A stretch of 64,000 bases of DNA from Eledone cirrhosa (taxonomy: Eukaryota), in contig OZ024754.1 in the NCBI GenBank assembly GCA_964016885.1, positions 40,486,001 to 40,550,000 of the forward strand. The letters run 5' to 3'. The notes under the pieces were generated by a model, which did no database searches, was not told the origin of the DNA, and worked only from the letters and a program-made list of their open reading frames with translations. Of this stretch, positions 40,346 to 53,535 are shown in pieces. A program made the translations under genes and the position numbers. Every line of letters begins with the position of its first letter. Positions within the stretch are counted from its first letter, which is position 1.

Positions 40346-40794
40346 TACACACACACAAGTATATATAGTATATACACAAACTGTTCATAAAATGGATCAC
40401 ATTATATTTGCTTCGTAAATGAAGTAGTTTTTTTATAAATAAATATATTAACACAACTTTTCTCTTTTGTTTACAATCTTTAAAAGAAATCGTAAAACGA
40501 AAAACAAAATTTTATGTCGACAAAATCATTAAATTGAAAACGTTTTAGATAAATCCCAAATAGCAGTTAAACTAAAATATACAATATTTTATGAGAAATA
40601 AATGAATATTTGATATTTTAAAGAAAATTGTGTAAAAGAGAAGACTTGAGAAAAGTTATATGAAATAACCCTCGTTACTCATAGCCTGAGATTCCAAACA
40701 AAAATATCGATTACTACACGTATTAAACATACAATATACATTTACACTAACTTTTACTTTAGAATAATAACAAAGGAGGATAAAATAAAATGTA

Positions 40795-41023
40795 TACAGG
40801 GTGTCCCCAAAAATGTATACATACTTTCATTACCTCTACAGGCAATATTTATTAGAATACATAGCCTTTCCAAAAATTAAAATTATCTACAGACATAATT
40901 CAATTGTATGTAAACATCCAAAAATGTTTACATAATTTAAATAATGCGTGTAAAACAGAATTTAGTTTAAATATATTTTTTAAAGATTTTGTTGTGTATA
41001 CATTTTTGGGGGGGGACACGCTG

Positions 41024-41025
<2 letters not shown>
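40795..41025. mobile_element. Tc1/mariner-type MITE; short relatives at 36020-36210
   Basis: TA-CAGGGTGTCCCCAAAAATGTATAC ... GTATACATTTTTGGGGGGGACACGCTG-TA inverted termini. Confidence 0.7.
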
Positions 41026-41060
<35 letters not shown>

Positions 41061-41073
41061 AAAAAGCTCTTGC

Positions 41074-41120
41074 CTCTGGTTAATAGGCCGCACACGAACT
41101 GCTACTTTTACGGACGTCAT
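41074..41120 (-). CDS. KIF16B: KIF16B coding exon 1 (MTSVKVAVRVRPINQR), GC donor
   Basis: ATG at 41120-41118; 47 nt; ends AG|GCAAGA; phase 2 matches exon 2. Confidence 0.9.
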
Positions 41121-42042
41121 TTTGGAAGAAAGTTAATAATCAGGGATGAAAATGTTTGAACATAAAGTTGAATACATGGAGAAATTGACGGCCGAAACTT
41201 ATCGGCCTTAACAAGGCCATAGAGAGTCCACCATTTTGAAATATCATATGACAAAGTTTTATAGACTTCATATAATCTTTGTTTAACTGGCTATAAGGGA
41301 GGTAACTCCACCAGTCTCATTTGATTCTCTTTATTGCGATGCAGGTGGGGGGGATTGTATATATGTATGTATATATATATATATATGGGGTGTGTGTGTG
41401 TATATATATGTGTGTATGTATATATATATATATATGTCAGGTCACCAGTGGTGCTACTGGTAACATGTATCCCAGTACAACCTGTCCCATGGTCGGGTCG
41501 TTGGCGACTAAACTGGCAACCCCACCAAGGTTTCTTGGTGAGGAGGGTGACTTTGGACATCCTGCAGGACTAAAAACAAAACCTGTCAAAGGGCAAAGGA
41601 GCTCTTAAGAGTCAATGGCCATCCAAAATCACCGGGAGAGATGACCCCTTAGCCTTTGTCAAGGCAGAATTCTAGGAGAAGGAAAACTCTGATATAACAC
41701 CTGCAACCCTGATGGTATCCAATGATGTTGACTTGTTCTTCTTTTTGGTAAATATCATCTTGGTTAAGAGAGTGGGACTGGCTTTGTGCAGTGCCTTTGC
41801 TCACTATAAAAGCTTCACGGCACAGGCATTGCTTTATATCTGGAGATCTCTCTGCACTTGTCGTCACATGGTACCATGGGCCCAGCACTATGTGTCAGTA
41901 ATTGTCACAAGTGTAGTGTTTGTACCAGAGTTTTCAAGTCGCTGGCTGGACTAAAAAGTCACACTCGTTCAGCGCATCGGTAGGGGTTCTCCTACATGGA
42001 TGTAAGGTAGTGGCCGTACTCGAAAACGAGTTGGCAGCCACC

Positions 42043-42076
<34 letters not shown>

Positions 42077-43845
42077 ATGTATATATATATATATATCATC
42101 ATCATCATTTAATGTCAATTTTTCCACGCTGGCATGGGTTAGACTAGTTATCCTGTTGTGAGCAATGCTAGGTCAGGTGACAATGTCTTGCTCATACAGA
42201 ACTGATATTAGATTGATTTTTACAGCTGGATGTCCTTCCTTGTGCCAACCACATTTACAGTGAGTACTAGATGCTTTTTTGTCGTGGCGCCTACACGAGC
42301 ACTTTACATTGTGGGCTGGGCGCTTTTTTGCTGCGACACCTACATGACCACTTTACAGTGTGTGCTGGGCGGATTTATAATATATATATATACATATATA
42401 TTCATTTTATTAAGGCTGAATAGTGAGTCTTGTTACTCCGGAGTTTCGCCTGCAGGCAAAACTTCAGAGTAACAAGACTCACTATTCAGCTTTAAAAAAA
42501 TGAATATATATATATATATAAGATCTCTTAAGCTCCTTAGGCCAATGCTTATCCTGGTTTCATGGCGTGAAGCAACTGAGAGTATGGACCACAAGCAATA
42601 CCTTTCCATGTATTTCCCAGCTATTAATCAATATTTGTATTCTTATTGGTGTTTTTCTTGTGTCTGTGATTGATGAGTTAACTCATAGCATATCTCTTCT
42701 CTCACTTATTCCTGAGAGGGTGGTGAGGGCAAAGTCCTCAAACAGTTTTTTTTCTTCTTTTTCTTCTCAGTATCAAAGCCAAGGAACTTTGTTGAGGAAA
42801 CCCCAACTATATCAAGCCAGTAGCATTTGGCCTCCTCCACTAGTTCCTGCAAGAGTTGGGATGTTCCAGGTTCCAACTATCAAGGTTTGCTCCCTTCCAG
42901 ACCCTCTTTGGGGGTATCAGGATATGCAACCTTTGTGTGGCCATCCCACACCTCCTACACCAGTTTTTGCAGCAGCAAATGGAGACTGAAACATAACCCC
43001 ATCCCCCCATTACCAATTCATTATTATACTGTTTTTCAAAACCTGGAATAATAGTGAGAGTTCAAATCCCCCCAAGGTCAGCTTTGCCTTTCATCCTTCT
43101 GAAGATTCATGATCCTGGCATCACCATATACCAACCAAAGGTTCCATTACCTTGGAATGATTTAATGACTAAACCTTTCCAGCTTGGATGAAGTTGTCAG
43201 TGTTTCCACAGTTGGATAAAGAGTAAAGACCCCCTTTGGTCACAAATGGCCATGGGATTTACACCTAGAAAGTTCCCCCTATGAGGTTCAAGTCCGGGCA
43301 AAGTTGTTTATGGAAGACCAGCAGTTACCTATATATACCAGTCTCACCTCTCAATGCCACCGATGTTGTCCAAGGTAAAGGCAATGGCCAATACAGCTTG
43401 GCATCAGTGACATCACAACTCGTATATACATTATATATACACAATATTTATATATTATGTACAGTATATATTCACTATAGATACTATATATGATGTTGTC
43501 CAAGAGAAAAATAATGGCCAATACAACTTGGCACCAGTGACGTTACAATATATATATATATATATACAGTATATATACACTATATATATATATATACATT
43601 ATATATGATGTTGTCCAAGGGAAAGACAATGGCTGATCCAGCTTGGCTCCAGTGATGTCACAACTCATTTCTATAGCTCAGTAAACTGGAGCAACATGAA
43701 ATAAACTGTCTTGCTCAAGCACACGACACATTGCCCAGTCAACTAAAACTTACATTTATTATTAGTCATAATATTAGTGAAGGCACGAGATAAAGGATGT
43801 CCCAATATAGCTGAAAAATTTAAAGTTGAAGAGATTGTTGGAAGC

Positions 43846-44465
43846 AAGGCCTTTGTCAGCTGCTCTCCAGCTATCTATTTAAAGCTGTATATAGCTATGG
43901 TGCGGCCACACTTGGAATTTGCATCACCAGTCTGGAACCCCTATCTTGCTCAGAACATTGACCTCCTGGAAACTGTTCAGAGATGTGCAACCAAGCGAAT
44001 ACCCTCCATCAGACATCTACCATACTCAGAACGCCTTGCTTCCCTGGGCATGGATACATTGAAACACCGACGTCTGGCAACTGACTTGGTAAACACCCAC
44101 AAAATTATTAACCATCTTGCCAACAACAACCCTGAGCACCTTTTTGATTTCCATGTCTAACACACGTGGGCATGCCAACAAATTCAGAAAACAGCACAGC
44201 TCCCATGACTTTCGGAAACATTTTTTCACACTCAGAGTTGCTGAAGCATGGAACAAACTACCTGCATCAGTTGTTAGCTGTCGAGACACTGCGTCCTTTG
44301 AAACTCCATGCTTCCTGAAATTTGCCAATACTACACCTGATATCCCCCCTCCATACACATGCACACACGTATATCATAACTCATACACTGTTCTCTTTCC
44401 TGACATTTGTACATTATTCTATGTTCTATACATGCACCTGAGCACTGTACACAATAATTTCATGA
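43846..44465 (+). mobile_element. CR1/L2-type LINE 3' fragment
   Basis: KLYIAMVRPHLEFASPVWNPY...LETVQRCATKRIP...RKHFFTLRVAEAWNKLP; shorter copies at 7670-7925, 14350-14675 and 55553-55650. Confidence 0.85.
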
Positions 44466-47291
44466 TTACATTGTTATTATTTACCTGGTTTAAAATGTTT
44501 TAAACTTTTACTGTTCAAAGAGAACTATCAAACCACCTGAAAGACTTCATTTGTGACTTTATTATTATGTTAAATTGTATAAACATAAAATCTAATTTCA
44601 GACTGGAGTTAAACAATTACTGTTAATTTTTGCTAATTTTACAATTTCATATTTTATTTGTTTTTAGCCCTTCTTAGAAGAAGAGTGAATGTGATTTTTA
44701 CAGTCTTTTCATAGTTGGATGTATTCGTAATGGTTGAGTTCTCTCCCTTATTTAAACCGGATGTTGAGTTGTAGCATTATTCGTTGAATAAAGACTTTGG
44801 TATACATAGTTTACTTATCGTTGTTGCCAATGACAGATGCATCATCAAAATCAACAAGCATGCTCCTCAGGAATGACATTAAATATTTCATAGAAAAGGA
44901 TACTATCAGGGAGTTAAAAACAACAAATAGGGGCGAAGAATGGTTTTCAAACCCTTTTAGTGTGAGCAGCCATTTGTGATGCTTTCATAGAAGCTTTTGA
45001 GCAGACAACCGGATTAGCAAAGACGAAAAAGATATCAAAATTTCATGGAGCAGTGAAAAGCTAAAATGTTTCAATAAAGAACAGCTTAAACGACCACTGA
45101 GAAGTGATTGTCTAAACCCAACCATAAACATGCATGGCTACAAATACAATGCCAACGTATTGATGAATTCATTTTTGCTGAGAAAGCAAAATAAGTGTGT
45201 TAAACATTTGAAATATTTGCAGATTTCTACCCTCCTACAAATCAAAACATATACTCACTCATTAGCAATAAACATAGAAACAGTGGAAAGAATGAAACTC
45301 TCTCCAGGAAGCCAACTGCTAAACTATACTTAAGGCGGCAAATTAGCAGACTTGTTAAGAATGTCAAATAGAATGCTTTACGGTATTTATTCTGGCTCTC
45401 TGCACTCTGAGTTCAAAACCCACCAAGGTCAAGGGTCAACTTTGCCTTTGATCTTCTTGAAGTTTAAAATGAACATAAAGAGTTGTCTTTTCCTTAAATA
45501 GTCCAGGAATTATGGTTCTATACAGACAAACAAGCTATGCTTTCATCTCTGAAGTAAATAAAACAATGAAAGATAACTGCTAAATTGATTCTGTTCAGTA
45601 TCAATGTAAACAATATTAAAAAACATAGGAGAGAATAGATATTGAACTGAAGTTTGGCAAATCTGAGAAACTTGTAACTCCCGAGTTTCTAATTCTGCTC
45701 ACCAGAACACGAGACAAAATTTTAATAGCAAAATGGATTAGATCTGGTATAGATACTTCAGATGTTATACAAGGACTTTTACAGAAAATAGCTGAAATAT
45801 GTCTGAAGCCTTCTTCACCTTCTTAGAACACTACAGAAAAGCACCCAATAGTCAGTCACACAGCTATTTCATATCAACAGTAAAATGCGCTTTCCAATAT
45901 ATATCTCACTTCATTTAAACCAGAAAGAGGTTCATGAGAAACTAGAGATTAATACTTCTGAATGTCCAATATTTAAAGGACTTGGATATGTATATACAAG
46001 ATATGTATATATTAGATATTTATAATGTAAACCACCATGATTATGATGATGATGATATTCAGATAAGGGATCTCAACCAATATGATGCTAGTTTTCCAGG
46101 TAAGGGACCTAAACCAATGTGATGCTAGTTTTCCAGGTAAGGGACCTCAACCAACAACAGCAAACAGTTTAAGCCTATTTTCCCAGGTAAAGCAAGATTT
46201 CATATTGATCTAGTCCTATTTGAGGCAATGTTTTACATCTGGATGCCCTAATGGACCTCAAGAACAACAACATTCATTAGACAAAAGATATTGCTCTAAT
46301 CAGTGAGAATATTAAGAAATGGTTTAGTGAAAGAGATGATGACGATGATAGATAGCTACTAATGCTGAAGTCAGCTGCACCTTAAACTCCCTCAAGAACT
46401 AATCAAGTAAATAAAGGAAACATTTCTAGGGTTATTCAATTTAAATAATTATGTTCCTTCAAAACCAATAGACTGTTCAATCGACTTTTCTGCTTGTATT
46501 GATATAACAAACCTATGGAGCAATAGAGAACTACTTCCAAGAGGCTGAAAGTGAAGACTGAGAAATAAATGATATTGATTGATAGAGCTGTGATAGAGAG
46601 GTGCAAACCTGAACATTGAATGCATGAATTAATGAAATATGTGTGTATATATATAAGTATGTATGTATAATGTGGTGAGTTGTGCATGTGGAGAATATTA
46701 CGTATTTGGTGGGAGGAAAGGAGCAAAAGATGACAGCATATAAGAGGAACTCGAGTTTACTATTCATGGGCAAATGTGGTGCCTTTCTGGGTTTCTGGGT
46801 GTGAACTTTCAAAGGCTTTTAGAAAACAGCAATGAAACATTGAGAGAGAGGGGTGAGACAGAGAGAACCTATACTCAGTATATGGACAACATATGTTCAT
46901 AGATATACAGATGTAGCTAGATAATAAGTGTTGAAACAAAATAAATGAGAAGTGTAATAAAGAGTTGCAAATAAATGGTTGTTCCAAAAATGGTGGAAAA
47001 ACAATAATAATCCATCAGTTGAGATGCTGAGAAGAAGATTTATTCTTGTTTGTCTCAATTACGCTTTTTCCTGGTTATCTTTCCCCAGTATATTACTGGT
47101 TGAGTTTTACTAGAATGAAGAGTGTGTGAGATTTTAGATCAGTAGTAGTAGTAGTAATGAAAATGTAAAGAAATGCACTAAGTTAAGATCATGTGATCAC
47201 AATGGTGTTGGGTTGAAAATATATTCATACACAAGTCCGAATATTTAAATGTCCAAATCATTATATCGCCAGTAGTGTATGTAGCTTGTTT

Positions 47292-47633
47292 TCATTCGAT
47301 TACAGAAGTGAAAGAATCTGAACTTTGTAAAACTGATATTTTGGTTTGTGGTAGCTTAGCTTTTAGCTTGTCATTTAGTTGCCTTATGTTAATTTGAACT
47401 ATAGAGTTATCATTTGAAAAGTTATTATTCAGGTTGGAAAAACATTGGTCGTCTTGTGACTGGAAAGGAATTAATTCCGAGTTATCTTGGGAACTTTTTC
47501 CATATGAATTCATTTCAATGTCAGTCACAGTTTGAGACTCAGAGATCTTATTTTGGACAACACCCCATTCCAGAAACTTCAGATTCTTCAGTTTTGTTAC
47601 CAAGGCAAATGTATTGCTGTTTATCATGGCAGG
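47292..47633 (-). CDS. Terminal coding exon (LKNLKFLEWG...LKAKLPQTKISV...stop)
   Basis: taatag| acceptor; typical FBXL C-terminal LK..LP..KI motif; TGA at 47294-47292. Confidence 0.87.
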   Translation of the reverse strand, partial: PAMINSNTFALVTKLKNLKFLEWGVVQNKISESQTVTDIEMNSYGKSSQDNSELIPFQSQDDQCFSNLNNNFSNDNSIVQINIRQLNDKLKAKLPQTKISVLQSSDSFTSVIE

Positions 47634-47844
47634 CTATTAAAATAAAAAAAATAGAATACATTAGATTAAATCAAAGTGTGTACATCATCATCATTATCAT
47701 CATTTAACAGTCGTTTTCCCTGTCAGTAGGGTTGGACAGTTCATCACAGACTGTGTTAGTATTCAAAAGAAGTTACTGACCTTTCAAATTATCTATAGGG
47801 GAGTTTGAGAGAGAGAGAGAGTGAGACAGACAGTCAAAGAGAGG

Positions 47845-47900
<56 letters not shown>

Positions 47901-47942
47901 GAAAGAGAGAGAAAGAGAATTAGCTATCTGTAATGTTCTCAC

Positions 47943-48054
47943 CTGATGTGTTGTATCAGGCCAAATCACCAATTTTGAAAGATTGCTCAACAGACTAATG
48001 TTGGTGTGTAGTTCATCAGATATGACAAAGAGCATTAGTTCAAGTTGCTTTAAA
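47943..48054 (-). CDS. LRR exon (LKQLELMLF...LSNLSKLVIWP)
   Basis: tttcag| ... |gtgaga; 112 nt. Confidence 0.87.
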
Positions 48055-48084
48055 CTGAAAGAGAAATTGATCCATAGTTAAACA

Positions 48085-48503
48085 TTGCAACAACAGCTAA
48101 ACCTACATAAGTGTGAGCTTTAACAACACAACAACAGCTAAACCTACATAGGTGTGAGCTTTAACAACACAACACCAGCTAAAACTACATAGGTGTGAGC
48201 TTTAACAACACAACAACAGCTAAACCTACATAAGTGTGAGCTTTAACAACACAACAACAGCTAAACCTACATAAGTGTGAGCTTTAACAACACAACAACA
48301 GCTAAACCTACATAGGTGTGAGCTTTAACAACACAACAACAGCTAAACCTACATAAGTGTGAGCTTTAACAACACAACAACAGCTAAACCTACATAAGTG
48401 TGAGCTTTAACAACACAACAACAGCTAAACGTACATAGGTGTGAGCTTTAACAACACAACAACAGCTAAACCTACATAAGTGTGAGCTTTAACAACACAA
48501 CAC
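48085..48503. repeat. 41-bp tandem repeat filling most of an intron
   Basis: caacaacagctaaacctacataagtgtgagctttaacaaca. Confidence 0.9.
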
Positions 48504-48539
48504 CATTAGTATAAATGAAAGGCAATAAATGTTACTTAC

Positions 48540-48646
48540 CATTTCAGGTTGCCTAATGCCTTCGCCAAACTAACATCATTTAAACTACCACCAAGTTCAA
48601 GGCGGAGTCTTTCAAGATTTACAAGTTTGCCCAGCTGGAAATATGT
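48540..48646 (-). CDS. LRR exon (TYFQLGKLVNLERLRLELGG...)
   Basis: ttatag| ... |gtaagt; 107 nt. Confidence 0.88.
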
Positions 48647-48779
48647 CTATAAAAAGATAAATTGAAGATCAATTTAGAAAATAGTAGGGAAACTATCTCA
48701 TACAAGGACTCCCAACTTCCTTATTTACTGGGTTCTGTTGCAACCAACCATTCATAAGTCATTTAAATACCTATAGATT

Positions 48780-49770
48780 GGCATCTCGACTCGCTGCACC
48801 AGTGACAAAACTAGAGTGGCACCCCAACGACTGGCTAAACCAGTGGCACCATAATGACTGGCTGAACCAGTGGCACATCTAGAGTGACATCCTGACTCGC
48901 TGCTCCAGTGGAAAATCTAAAGTGGCACCACAATGACTGGCTGTACCAGTGGCACATCTAGAGTGGCACCCCAACGACTGGCTGTACCAGTGGCACCCCA
49001 ATGACTGGCTGCACCAGTGACACCCCAATGACTGGCTGCATCAGTGGCACCCCAACAACTAGCTTCATCAGTGGCACCCCAAAAACTAGCTGCACCAGTG
49101 GTACCCCGACTGGCTGCAACTGTGGCACCCCAACGACTGGCTGTACCAATGGCACATCTAGTGTGGAACCCCAATGACTGGCTGTGCCAGTGGCACATCT
49201 AGGGTGGCACCCCAATGACTGGCTGCACCAGTGGCACATCTAGGGTGGTACCCCAACAACTGGTTGTACCAGTGGCACCCCAACGACTGGCAGTACCAGT
49301 GGCACCCCAACGACTGGCAGCACCAGTGGCACCCCAACGACTGGCAGCACCAGTGGCACCCCAACGACTGGCAGCACCAGTGGCACCCCAACGACTGGCT
49401 GTACCAGTGGCACCACAACGACTGGCTGTACCAGTGGCACCCCAACAACTGGTTGTACCAGTGGCACCCCAACGACTGGCAGCACCAGTGGCACCCCAAC
49501 AACTGGTTGTACCAGTGGCACCCCAACGACTGGCAGCACCAGTGGCACCCCAACAACTGGTTGTACCAGTGGCACCCCAACGACTGGCTGTACCAGTGGC
49601 ACCCCAACGACTGGCAGCACCAGTGGCACCCCAACGACTGGCAGCACCAGTGGCACCCCAACGACTGGCAGCACCTGTGGCACCCCAACAACTGGCAGCA
49701 CCAGTGGCACCCCAACAACTGGCAGCACCAGTGGCACCCCAACGACTGGCAGCACCAGTGGCACCCCAAT
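48780..49770. repeat. 27-bp minisatellite (ccagtggcaccccaacgactggcagca)
   Basis: 9-aa periodic ORFs in multiple frames. Confidence 0.93.
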
Positions 49771-49847
49771 AATTGATTGGTACATTTATCATCTTTATTT
49801 CATGTTTATCATTATAGATGAAGGTTTAAGATCTCATAACACCCTAC

Positions 49848-49952
49848 CTCAGATGTCCAGTTGGTACATTCTCCCAATTCCAATACTTTCAGGCTACGCA
49901 GTTCTCCTAAGTAATCAAAATCGTGATCACTGGCTTTCAAAGACGTAATTGA
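49848..49952 (-). CDS. LRR exon (SITSLK...LGELRSLKVLELGECTNW)
   Basis: ttgcag| ... |gtaggg; 105 nt; LxxLxLxxC. Confidence 0.88.
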
Positions 49953-50019
49953 CTGCAAAAATATAAAATTCCAATGATTTAAAACAAACAATAAACAACA
50001 GCGAAATATTTTACAAAAA

Positions 50020-51530
50020 TCTCAAAATATATTTATATATAAAAAAAAGCAGAAATATATTTATATATAAAAAAAAAGCAGAAATATATTTATATATAAA
50101 AAAAAGCAGAAATATATTTATATATAAAAAAAAGCAGAAATATATTTATATATAAAAAAAAGCAGAAATATATTTATATATAAAAAAAAGCAGAAATATA
50201 TTTATATATAAAAAAAAGCAGAAATATATTTATATATAAAAAAAAGCAGAAATATATTTATATATAAAAAAAAGCAGAAATATATTTATATATAAAAAAA
50301 AGCAGAAATATATTTATATATAAAAAAAAGCAGAAATATATTTATATATAAAAAAAAAGCAGAAATATATTTATATATAAAAAAAAGCAGAAATATATTT
50401 ATATATAAAAAAAAGCAGAAATATATTTATATATAAAAAAAAAGCAGAAATATATTTATATATAAAAAAAAAGCAGAAATATATTTATATATAAAAAAAA
50501 GCAGAAATATATTTATATATAAAAAAAAGCAGAAATATATTTATATATAAAAAAAAGCAGAAATATATTTATATATAAAAAAAAGCAGAAATATATTTAT
50601 ATATAAAAAAAAGCAGAAATATATTTATATATAAAAAAAAGCAGAAATATATTTATATATAAAAAAAAGCAGAAATATATTTATATATAAAAAAAAAGCA
50701 GAAATATATTTATATATAAAAAAAAAGCAGAAATATATTTATATATAAAAAAAAGCAGAAATATATTTATATATAAAAAAAAGCAGAAATATATTTATAT
50801 ATAAAAAAAAAGCAGAAATATATTTATATATAAAAAAAAGCAGAAATATATTTATATATAAAAAAAAAGCAGAAATATATTTATATATAAAAAAAAAGCA
50901 GAAATATATTTATATATAAAAAAAAGCAGAAATATATTTATATATAAAAAAAAAAAGCAGAAATATATTTATATATAAAAAAAAGCAGAAATATATTTAT
51001 ATATAAAAAAAAGCAGAAATATATTTATATATAAAAAAAAAGCAGAAATATATTTATATATAAAAAAAAGCAGAAATATATTTATATATAAAAAAAAGCA
51101 GAAATATATTTATATATAAAAAAAAAGCAAAAATATATTTATATATAAAAAAAAGCAGAAATATATTTATATATAAAAAAAAAGCAGAAATATATTTATA
51201 TATAAAAAAAAGCAGAAATATATTTATATATAAAAAAAAGCAGAAATATATCTATATATAAAAAAAAAGCAAAAATATATTTATATATAAAAAAAAGCAG
51301 AAATATATTTATATATAAAAAAAAGCAGAAATATATTTATATATAAAAAAAAGCAGAAATATATTTATATATAAAAAAAAAGCAGAAATATATTTATATA
51401 TAAAAAAAAGCAGAAATATATTTATATATAAAAAAAAAGCAAAAATATATTTATATATAAAAAAAAGCAGAAATATATTTATATATAAAAAAAAAGCAAA
51501 AATATATTTATATATAAAAAAAAAGCAAAA
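50020..51530. repeat. About 28-bp AT-rich minisatellite (aaaaaaaagcagaaatatatttatatat)
   Basis: Direct inspection; variable A-run length. Confidence 0.95.
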
Positions 51531-51816
51531 GAAGAAAAGGAGGCAATTTTTGGATTGAACCAAAGAAATTATATTTCCATTTTTACCATTGATTTTTTTT
51601 GGTTACATATTCCTCAGCTTATATTCGAGTATATATGGTATGTTAGAAGAATTTAATTTAAATATGAAACATTTAAAATGGAGTGGTGTAGGTGATAGAA
51701 CCAGAAACAGTTTTAGGCAGAGTGGTATCAAAAGGGTTGATATGTAGTATATTAAAAAGCTTAAAAAAAAAAAAAGTTTTTTAAATTAAAATTAAAAGTG
51801 TGGTGGGTTTACTTAC

Positions 51817-51961
51817 AAGATGTCGAAGATACTTCAGTTTAATCAATTCAAAGATCCCAGATGGAAAAGAAGCAATTAAACCTCCAGTGCCACGCAGTTG
51901 TAATTTCTTCAACATTTTTACACTACAAAACTTGGTTAAGTCAATCTTGGTTGGAGTTGTC
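51817..51961 (-). CDS. LRR exon (TTPTKIDL...LKKLQLRG...LKYLRHL)
   Basis: tattag| ... |gtaagt; 145 nt. Confidence 0.87.
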
Positions 51962-52029
51962 CTAATAATTGGAGACAGTAAAAGATTACTTAAGAGAATT
52001 ATATATATATTAACAGATCATAAAATTAA

Positions 52030-52400
52030 TAATGGTTTCTACACAAGGCCAGCAATTACCCAGTACATTACTGGTACTTTATTTTATCGACCCCGTAAGG
52101 ATGAAAGGCAAAGTTGACCTCGGCGGGATTTCAACTTAGAATGGCAAGGGCCGTAACTCTATGCGTCAAAGCATGGCGTCCGATACTGCCAATCCACATA
52201 TCATAAAATTAATAATTGTTTCTATTTTGGGCACAAGGCCAGCAATTACCCAGTGCATTACTGGTATTTTATTTTATCGACCCCCGTAAGGATGAAAGGC
52301 AAAGTTAACCTCGGCGGGATTTGAACTCAGTCCGTAAAGGGACGTAACTGTGCTGCAAAGCATGGCGTCCGACCCTCTACCGATACTGCCAATTCACCAC
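52030..52400 (-). mobile_element. Two tandem tRNA-derived SINE copies
   Basis: Same family, reverse orientation. Confidence 0.85.
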
Positions 52401-52900
52401 CTAAAATTAATAATGGTTTCTAATTTTGCCAATTGTCATACTTAGTGGCGACTCCCCCCCTCTTTTTCCTTCTTTCTTTCCATTATCATTTTTGTTCATG
52501 ATTTTATATTTGTTATTACTTGTGTATATATTTAAAACATATTTGCAACGTTATTCTACTATAAATTTATACAACCGTAATAATCAAAATGATACTATTT
52601 TTAATAAATTTAGGCACAATTTTGAGGAAGTGAAAAACTGATTAAATTGGCCTCAGTGCATTACTGGTACTTTATTTTATTGACCCCATCACTACTACTT
52701 TACAGAGTGTACTGGGTGTATTTTATCGCGACATCAGCACTATCACTTTACAGAGCTGTACTATTTATTAATAACTTTAGATTGGAGTTATAAAATTGTT
52801 TGTCTTATGTAGTAATATTTTGGATAATCCTATGAAAAAAACATCCCCTGGAAACAGCAAAATGTTCAAAAAAGTAGAGTTAGAAATAAATACAACATAC

Positions 52901-53103
52901 CACTGCTGTTCATTGCTGATATCACTTATCTTTTTAGCTGTCAACTCTTGTAAATTGGGAAGTTTCTCACAGACAGTATACAGCATGAGAGCAGGTACAT
53001 GATCAAAATAGATTCGTTTTATTGTGCTCAATTGATCTAGGACAGGAGTTAGTTGGTGCCAAATACGGTTCCAGTCGTCACCAAGCTTCATTCCTTGCAG
53101 ACT
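52901..53103 (-). CDS. LRR exon (SLQGMKLGDDW...CEKLPNLQELTAKKIS)
   Basis: ttgtag| ... |gtatgt; 203 nt; acceptor lies in the last transcribed copy of a 65-bp tandem array. Confidence 0.85.
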
Positions 53104-53535
53104 CTACAACAAACAGTTAAAATAACACTTCACAGTTTTGAAACAACGAGCTTCATTCCTTGCAGACTCTACAACAGATATTTAAGATAACACTTCACAG
53201 TTTTGAAACACCAAGCTTCATTCCTTGCAGACTCTACAACAGATATTTAAGATAACACTTCACAGTTTTAAAACAACGATCTTCATTCCTTGCAGACTCT
53301 GCAACAGATATTTAAGATAACACTTCACAGTTTTGAAACACCAAGCTTCATTCCTTGCAGACTCTACAACAGATATTTAAGATAACACTTCACAGTTTTG
53401 AAACACCAAGCTTCATTCCTTGCAGACTCTACAACAGATATTTAAGATAACACTTCACAGTTTTAAAACAACGAGCTTCATTCCTTGCAGACTCTGCAAC
53501 AAACAGTTAAGATAACACTTCACAGTTTTAAAACA
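53084..53535. repeat. 65-bp tandem repeat x7 overlapping an exon's 3' splice site
   Basis: Units start at 53084, 53149, 53214, 53279, 53344, 53409 and 53474. Confidence 0.93.

Larger units (their letters stand above)
510..41120 (-). other. KIF16B: KIF16B-like kinesin-3 gene span (5' 14 coding exons; continues beyond the left edge)
   Basis: Manually spliced exons give a continuous 387-aa frame: MTSVKVAVRVRP...GQTGSGKS (P-loop)...SSRSHA (switch I)...DLAGSE (switch II)...[32 protein letters not shown]. All intron phases are compatible. The sequence most resembles KIF16B. Confidence 0.92.

Noticed and set aside
42567-43051. 140-aa plus-strand ORF between the genes
   Set aside because: No recognisable motif or exon structure; probably decayed repeat.
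44560-46000. Possible decayed transposase or extra gene in the intergenic/3' UTR region
   Set aside because: Only short interrupted ORFs with no motif I can identify; would need tBLASTx.
48917-49792. Cys/Trp-rich and Pro/Val-rich repeat ORFs
   Set aside because: 27-bp minisatellite open in nearly all frames; lies in an intron whose flanking exons join in phase without it.
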